From Anaerolineales bacterium (GTDB lineage Bacteria; Chloroflexota; Anaerolineae; Anaerolineales; Villigracilaceae), in NCBI GenBank assembly GCA_016789345.1, contig JAEURG010000237.1:1-51099 (forward strand): a stretch of 51,099 nucleotides of DNA. The letters run 5' to 3'. Shown one piece after another: positions 46,109 through 51,099 of the stretch; the first letter of the stretch is position 1; every line of letters starts with the position of its first letter. The translations under genes were made by a program, and so were the position numbers. Below the pieces are notes generated by a model. That model was not told the DNA's origin. It saw only the letters and a program-made list of their open reading frames with translations, and made no database searches.

Positions 46109-47416
46109 ATGCCAGCAGGGCGAATCTTACTCGCCGTTTTATTTTTGATTGGCGTGCTAGGAGTTTTGATTAGCGACTCATCTTTGTATTCACGCTTTAT
46201 TTACATCAGCGTCTCATTATTTATACTTACTTGGATTTGGACGCGCTGGCTTGTAAACAAAATATGGGTAGAACGCACTGCTCGCGAACTTCGCGCAAAT
46301 GTGGGCGATATTTTTGAAGAACGCTACAAACTTACCAATAACAGCCGCATCCCAGCCGCGTGGATAGAAATTATCAACCAATCCAAAATCCCTTATGTCG
46401 CTGGCTCACGTCTATTGACATTGGTGATGGGAAAACAAAAGAGAACCTATAATGCTTATTCTTGGCTTACCCAGCGCGGCGGTTTTCAACTTGGACCTAC
46501 AGCCGTAAACATCGGCGACCCGTTTGGAATTTTCACAACTTCAAAAACTATTCCAGCACAAGACACATTGGTAGTTTTACCAATGATTCATGAAATCCAA
46601 TTTTTTCCATCATCGCCCGGCTTATTGCCGGGCGGGCATGTCATTCAAAGAAAATCACAAGATATTACGCCTCATGCCGCAGGTATCCGCGAATATGTGC
46701 ATGGCGACGCGATGAAAAGAATCCATTGGCGTACTAGCATAAAACGCAACAAATTAATGGTCAAAGAATTTGAGCAAGACCCACAAGCCGAAGTTTGGAT
46801 TTATCTCGACTCGCACAAAAAAGTTCATTATCAAAAACCTTATGAATATGACGAACTACCTTTGCATAATATCTTATTTATCAAACGCCCCAAATTAAAA
46901 TTACCACCTTCAACACTTGAATATTCAGTCAGCATTGCCGCATCTTTGGCGCATTACTTTATTCGCCAACGCCGCGCAGTTGGGTATGCAAGCATCGGTC
47001 AAACGTATAACATCCTCCCAGCCGATAGAGGCGAAAGGCAAGAAGCAAAAATTTTAGAAACACTTGCATTTGTCCAAGCCGATGGCGCGGTTTCGATTGC
47101 AGGCTTAGTTTCTACTCAAGCCATGCAATTGCCCCGCCGCTCCACAGTTATTTTAATTACGCCCACTGTCCGCGAAGAATTATTACAAGCAGTAGATGAT
47201 TTGCTTTTGCGTTCTTTACATCCAGTAGTTGTATTGCTCAAGGCGCACACCTTTGGCGGCACAACAGGCACAGAAACACTCATCAATTCTTTGCGCGAAA
47301 GGCACATCCATGTTTGCGTTGTCAATTGTGATGACGACCTCTCAACCGTTCTCAGCGCAACCGCCCCAAAGATACAGGATTTTCATTCATGGCAAACTCC
47401 AGAATTATCACAATAG
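46109..47416 (+). CDS. DUF58 domain protein
   Basis: DPFG, IREY.HGD..KRIHW.TS, LMVKEFE, E..V..AAS. Confidence 0.93.
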   Translation: MPAGRILLAVLFLIGVLGVLISDSSLYSRFIYISVSLFILTWIWTRWLVNKIWVERTARELRANVGDIFEERYKLTNNSRIPAAWIEIINQSKIPYVAGSRLLTLVMGKQKRTYNAYSWLTQRGGFQLGPTAVNIGDPFGIFTTSKTIPAQDTLVVLPMIHEIQFFPSSPGLLPGGHVIQRKSQDITPHAAGIREYVHGDAMKRIHWRTSIKRNKLMVKEFEQDPQAEVWIYLDSHKKVHYQKPYEYDELPLHNILFIKRPKLKLPPSTLEYSVSIAASLAHYFIRQRRAVGYASIGQTYNILPADRGERQEAKILETLAFVQADGAVSIAGLVSTQAMQLPRRSTVILITPTVREELLQAVDDLLLRSLHPVVVLLKAHTFGGTTGTETLINSLRERHIHVCVVNCDDDLSTVLSATAPKIQDFHSWQTPELSQ

Positions 47417-48294
47417 ATTTGCATTTTCAAAATAAAAAACAAGCCATTGCTTCTTATTTGATTAAGAGCGATGATGCCATTATCTTGATAGAAAGCGGAC
47501 CCGCCTCTACCTTGCCCATGCTTGATTCTGCACTATCAGCCTTTGGCTTATCTTTGAGCGACGTGACCCACGTCCTGCTCACACACATCCACTTAGACCA
47601 TGCAGGCGCGGCAGGTCAACTTGCTCAACATGGCGCACAGATTTACGTTCATCCACTTGGTGCCCCGCACTTAATTCGACCTGAAAAATTAATCGCTAGT
47701 GCTTCACGCATTTATGGCGATAGGATGAATCAACTATGGGGTGAGATTCTGCCTGTTGAACAGAATCAAATTCACATCCCGAATGATGCGGAAGAATTTA
47801 CAATCGGCAATCTAAAATTTTTACCAATTCATATGTCGGGTCATGCCGAACATCATTTTGCTTACATCTTTGAAGAGACTTGCTTTTCTGGAGATGTGGG
47901 CGGTGTACGGATACCGGGTTATCCATATCTGCGTGTTCCTATGCCCCCACCTGAATTTCATTTTGAAAAATGGCGTGAAAGCCTTGTGAAGTTAAAAAAA
48001 CTAAATCTTAAACAAATTGCGCCGACACATTTTGGAATTTATGATGACGTGGATTGGCATTTGAATACATTGGAACAAAATTTAGTCGCCACTGAAAAAT
48101 GGCTGGCGCAAGTAATGCCAAGCGAACCTTCGTTAGAAGAGTTGCGAGAGCAATTCACAAAGTGGATGGAGCAACAAAGCCGCGAACAAGGTTTAAGCGA
48201 AGAAGTGATTCAGGTGTATACCCTTTCCAATCCAATTGGTATGAGTGCCGATGGTTTGTTACGTTATTGGAACAAATATAAAAATGCAAAATAA
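47389..48294 (+). CDS. MBL fold metallo-hydrolase
   Basis: THIHLDHAG, GHA.HH, FSGD, PTHFG. Confidence 0.93.
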   Translation: MANSRIITIDLHFQNKKQAIASYLIKSDDAIILIESGPASTLPMLDSALSAFGLSLSDVTHVLLTHIHLDHAGAAGQLAQHGAQIYVHPLGAPHLIRPEKLIASASRIYGDRMNQLWGEILPVEQNQIHIPNDAEEFTIGNLKFLPIHMSGHAEHHFAYIFEETCFSGDVGGVRIPGYPYLRVPMPPPEFHFEKWRESLVKLKKLNLKQIAPTHFGIYDDVDWHLNTLEQNLVATEKWLAQVMPSEPSLEELREQFTKWMEQQSREQGLSEEVIQVYTLSNPIGMSADGLLRYWNKYKNAK

Positions 48295-50008
48295 AATTTG
48301 GTTTGATGAAGTTTTGCAGTTAACGAAAACTTTGATGGGGATTGCAAGTATTAGCCCGAACATAGAAGATGAAAATAAATGTGTTGATGTAATTCGCGAT
48401 TTGACGTTATCAAATTATGAAAATGGGAAAACGCCAGATGTTTTTTCTGAATTTTGGTTTACCGAAGATGGCAGAAAAAACTTTGCTTGTTTGTTGAAGA
48501 GTAAAAAGAAATCATACAAAACAATTATTCTAATGGGGCATTTTGACACAGTCGGCGTGGATGATTTTGCTCGTTATGGCGATGTGAATATTGCATTTCA
48601 TCCTGAGCAGTTGGCTGAAGAAATGAAGAAATATTTTCAGTCAAAAAATGATTTAGATATTTCAGAACAATCCGCATGGACTCATTTGCAAAGCGGGGAT
48701 TGGTTGTTTGGGCGTGGCTGTGTGGATATGAAATCAGGCGTGGCAATCAATATTGCGATTTTGCGAGCATTTGCTAAACCTGATGAAAATGGAAAACGCT
48801 TGATTGATGAATTAGATGGCAATATTTTGTTATTGGCTTGCCCAGACGAAGAGACAGAATCGGTCGGGGTATTATCCGCAGTGCCAAATTTGTTGAAGTT
48901 GCGAGAAAAAGAAAAGCTGAATTATATCGGTGTAATTAATACCGATTACACCGCTCCGCGAAATGAAAACGAAAACATTCGCTTTATTTATTCAGGTACA
49001 GTAGGGAAGTTATTGCCATCGTTTTATATTTTGGGAGTCCGCACGCATGTTGGCGAGATTTTTCGCGGCGTGGACGCTTCTCACATTGCGGCGGAATTGG
49101 TAAGTGAAATTAACCTCAACCCAGCGTGGATGGATAAGTGGACTGGCAAACTAGGAGATGAACAATTAACTGAAATTGCAGTTCCGCCTGTGGCGTTGCA
49201 AATGAGAGATTTGAAGCCTTTGTATAATGCTGAAACCGCAGGCGATGCTTTTGTATATGTCAATTGGCTGACGTTGCAAATAACTCCGCTTGAAGCGATG
49301 AAAAAGATGAAAGATTCAGCGAAACAGGCTTTGGGTCAGGTAATGAAGCGGGTGGAAGAAAGTTATACTGAGTTTAATAAATTAGGTGGTCAATCGCAAA
49401 CGCCGCCAGAATGGAATGAATTAGTCATTTCGTATGATGAGTTATTGCAAAAAGCCTCTAAAGAATTTGGAGATAACTTAGGTCAATGGATGAAAAATAA
49501 AGTTGTTGAATTTTCATCGCAAGCAAAAGATAGCCGTGAAATAAGTTGTTTATTGGTTGTTGAATTAACAAAATTAGCAAAATTAAATGGTCCAGCCATT
49601 GTCACATTTTTTTCGCCACCATATTATCCTTCGGTGTTGCCACAAGAAAATGAATTGACTCAAGCGGCGGCTTCTGTAATTAGCGAGTTTGATGATGAGC
49701 TTCAATTTCGTGGCTTTTTTCCATATATCTCTGATTTAAGTTATATGCGCCTTGATAATGCTGATGCCTCGGAAAGTTTGAAAAAATTTATGCCTTTGTT
49801 TGATTTTGAAAAAAATGATGAAACGAAAGTGTACTTGTTAGACTCAAACAAATTAAACGAAATTCAGGCATTGAATTGCCCTGTGATTAACATCGGTCCT
49901 TTTGGCAGAGATGCGCACGGGCTATATGAACGTGTTTATATGCCTTATTCTTTTGAGACTGTGCCACAGATAATTTTTCAGACCATTAAGCGTGCGCTTG
50001 GAAAATAA
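48284..50008 (+). CDS. M20 family metallo-hydrolase, RocB-like
   Basis: GHFDTV, FGRG..DMKSG, PDEE..S.G, G.VGKLLP, FPYISDLSY, NIGP.G.DAH...ER. Confidence 0.88.
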   Translation: MQNKIWFDEVLQLTKTLMGIASISPNIEDENKCVDVIRDLTLSNYENGKTPDVFSEFWFTEDGRKNFACLLKSKKKSYKTIILMGHFDTVGVDDFARYGDVNIAFHPEQLAEEMKKYFQSKNDLDISEQSAWTHLQSGDWLFGRGCVDMKSGVAINIAILRAFAKPDENGKRLIDELDGNILLLACPDEETESVGVLSAVPNLLKLREKEKLNYIGVINTDYTAPRNENENIRFIYSGTVGKLLPSFYILGVRTHVGEIFRGVDASHIAAELVSEINLNPAWMDKWTGKLGDEQLTEIAVPPVALQMRDLKPLYNAETAGDAFVYVNWLTLQITPLEAMKKMKDSAKQALGQVMKRVEESYTEFNKLGGQSQTPPEWNELVISYDELLQKASKEFGDNLGQWMKNKVVEFSSQAKDSREISCLLVVELTKLAKLNGPAIVTFFSPPYYPSVLPQENELTQAAASVISEFDDELQFRGFFPYISDLSYMRLDNADASESLKKFMPLFDFEKNDETKVYLLDSNKLNEIQALNCPVINIGPFGRDAHGLYERVYMPYSFETVPQIIFQTIKRALGK

Positions 50009-50010
50009 GT

Positions 50011-50032
50011 AGCCCACTAAAGCGGGCTTTTT
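50011..50032 (+). terminator. Possible intrinsic terminator
   Basis: AGCCCAC-TAAA-GCGGGCT followed by T run; one mismatch. Confidence 0.55.
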
Positions 50033-50036
50033 AATC

Positions 50037-50061
50037 GTAGCATGGACGTTTATGTCCGTGC
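50037..50061 (+). repeat. GTAG-type REP-like hairpin
   Basis: GTAG then GCATGGAC/GTCCGTGC imperfect stem. Confidence 0.5.
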
Positions 50062-50129
50062 GGATGCCGTAAAGATTACCCGCAACTTTACCTCTTTTTC
50101 GTTGTTAACCTGATAATAACTATTCCGCC

Positions 50130-50158
50130 TTGACAGTTACAGGCTTTTTACCTATCAT
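50130..50158 (+). promoter_or_regulatory. Sigma70-type promoter of pyk
   Basis: TTGACA, 17 bp, TATCAT. Confidence 0.75.
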
Positions 50159-50176
50159 CACGGCGTTTTAACACAC

Positions 50177-50240
50177 GTCACACTGAGCAGAGCGACGCAT
50201 CTCTACAGCGGTAGAGACCCTTCCCTTCGTTCAGGGTGAC
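50177..50240 (+). repeat. GTCA..CTGAG...GAGACCCTT...CAGGGTGAC palindromic element in pyk leader
   Basis: GTCACACTGAGC...GTTCAGGGTGAC arms, inner TCTCTAC/GTAGAGA hairpin; related to 25044-25134. Confidence 0.72.
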
Positions 50241-50265
50241 AGTAAAATTTGAAAAGGATATGAAT

Positions 50266-51099
50266 ATGATTAGGCACGCAAAAATTGTAGCTACGATTGG
50301 ACCCGCTTCTGATTCAGAGGAAGTATTAGAAAAACTAATTCATGCTGGCTTGAACGTGGCTCGCTTGAACTTCTCACATGGTACACACGAACAACATGCC
50401 GAAAGAATAAAACGAATCCGCAAAGTTGCTGAGCGACTGGAAACTCCGCTGGGGGTATTGCAAGATTTACAAGGACCAAAAATCCGCGTGGGCAGGTTAG
50501 AAGCGCCACTTCAACTTTCGATTGGCGAGGAAGTCTATTTATATCCCACCAAAGAAGAAAAGCCCAAAACGGAATGTCAATTAATCCCCGTAGATTTTCG
50601 TGAACTGTTTGAGTCTGTTCAAGTGAAAGATAAACTTTTATTAGATGATGGGCGGCTTGCTTTAGAAGTGATTGCTTCTGACAATCAGACTGTCCATGCC
50701 AAAGTGTTAGTGGGTGGTGAATTGTTTTCGCACAAAGGCATCAACTTGCCAGGCGTAAAACTCCGCATTGCTGGCTTTACCGAAAAAGACAAAAATGATT
50801 TAGAGTTTGGAATTTCACAAGGCGTAGATGCAGTTGCGATTTCATTCGTGCGCAGTGCTGAAGATGTTCGCACGGTGCGTGCGGCGATAAAAGAATTTTC
50901 CAATGGCAAACGCGAACCGATGTTAATTGCGAAATTAGAAAAGCCCGAAGCCATGGATGAACTAGAAGAAATTTTAGACGTGGTAGATGGTGTAATGGTA
51001 GCGCGCGGAGATTTAGGTGTAGAACTTCCACCAGAGCGCGTACCATCTTTACAAAAAACAATCATTCATGCCGCCAATGCAAAAGCAAAATTAGTGATT
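50266..51099 (+). CDS. pyk: Pyruvate kinase (runs off window end)
   Basis: Manual translation MIRHAKIVATIGPAS...ARLNFSHG...DLQGPKIR...LLLDDG...KGINLPG...IAKLE...MVARGDLGVE; not in the ORF track. Confidence 0.97.
   Translation, partial: MIRHAKIVATIGPASDSEEVLEKLIHAGLNVARLNFSHGTHEQHAERIKRIRKVAERLETPLGVLQDLQGPKIRVGRLEAPLQLSIGEEVYLYPTKEEKPKTECQLIPVDFRELFESVQVKDKLLLDDGRLALEVIASDNQTVHAKVLVGGELFSHKGINLPGVKLRIAGFTEKDKNDLEFGISQGVDAVAISFVRSAEDVRTVRAAIKEFSNGKREPMLIAKLEKPEAMDELEEILDVVDGVMVARGDLGVELPPERVPSLQKTIIHAANAKAKLVI

Noticed and set aside
1447-49263. Many short (60-141 aa) ORFs nested in or antisense to long genes
   Set aside because: No recognisable motifs and largely overlapped by well-supported CDSs
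50291-51065. Minus-strand ORFs of 72, 126 and 94 aa
   Set aside because: Antisense shadows of pyk

Overview
AT-rich bacterial chromosome segment; the gene set suggests Chloroflexota, probably Anaerolineae (inference). The housekeeping backbone comprises partial glnS, tRNA-Gln(CTG), a SufR/SufT-like pair, a class II aldolase, a xanthine-dehydrogenase-family molybdenum hydroxylase with YqeB nearby, two GGDEF genes, glycerate kinase, secDF, tRNA-Arg(TCG), MoxR/DUF58, RocB and partial pyk. Four things stand out. (1) A three-cassette integron array (21651-24160, minus strand) has three ~130-bp attC sites and an attI-like head with 40-bp-periodic boxes, but no integrase in the window; it lies directly upstream of secDF. 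(2) A compact operon encodes an Npt/TLC-like transporter, a GNAT-like protein and a HAMP sensor with no output domain (25157-28340). (3) A ~15.7-kb polysaccharide locus mixes Wzx/Wzy-type genes with a BcsB-like protein, a GT2, a deacetylase and two degenerate GGDEF proteins that keep the RxxD I-site, one fused to a Wzz-like domain. (4) Several families of small palindromic or heptamer repeats occur, some in-frame inside genes and some in 5' leaders; at least five genes also look leaderless. All family calls come from motif recognition by eye; no searches were run.
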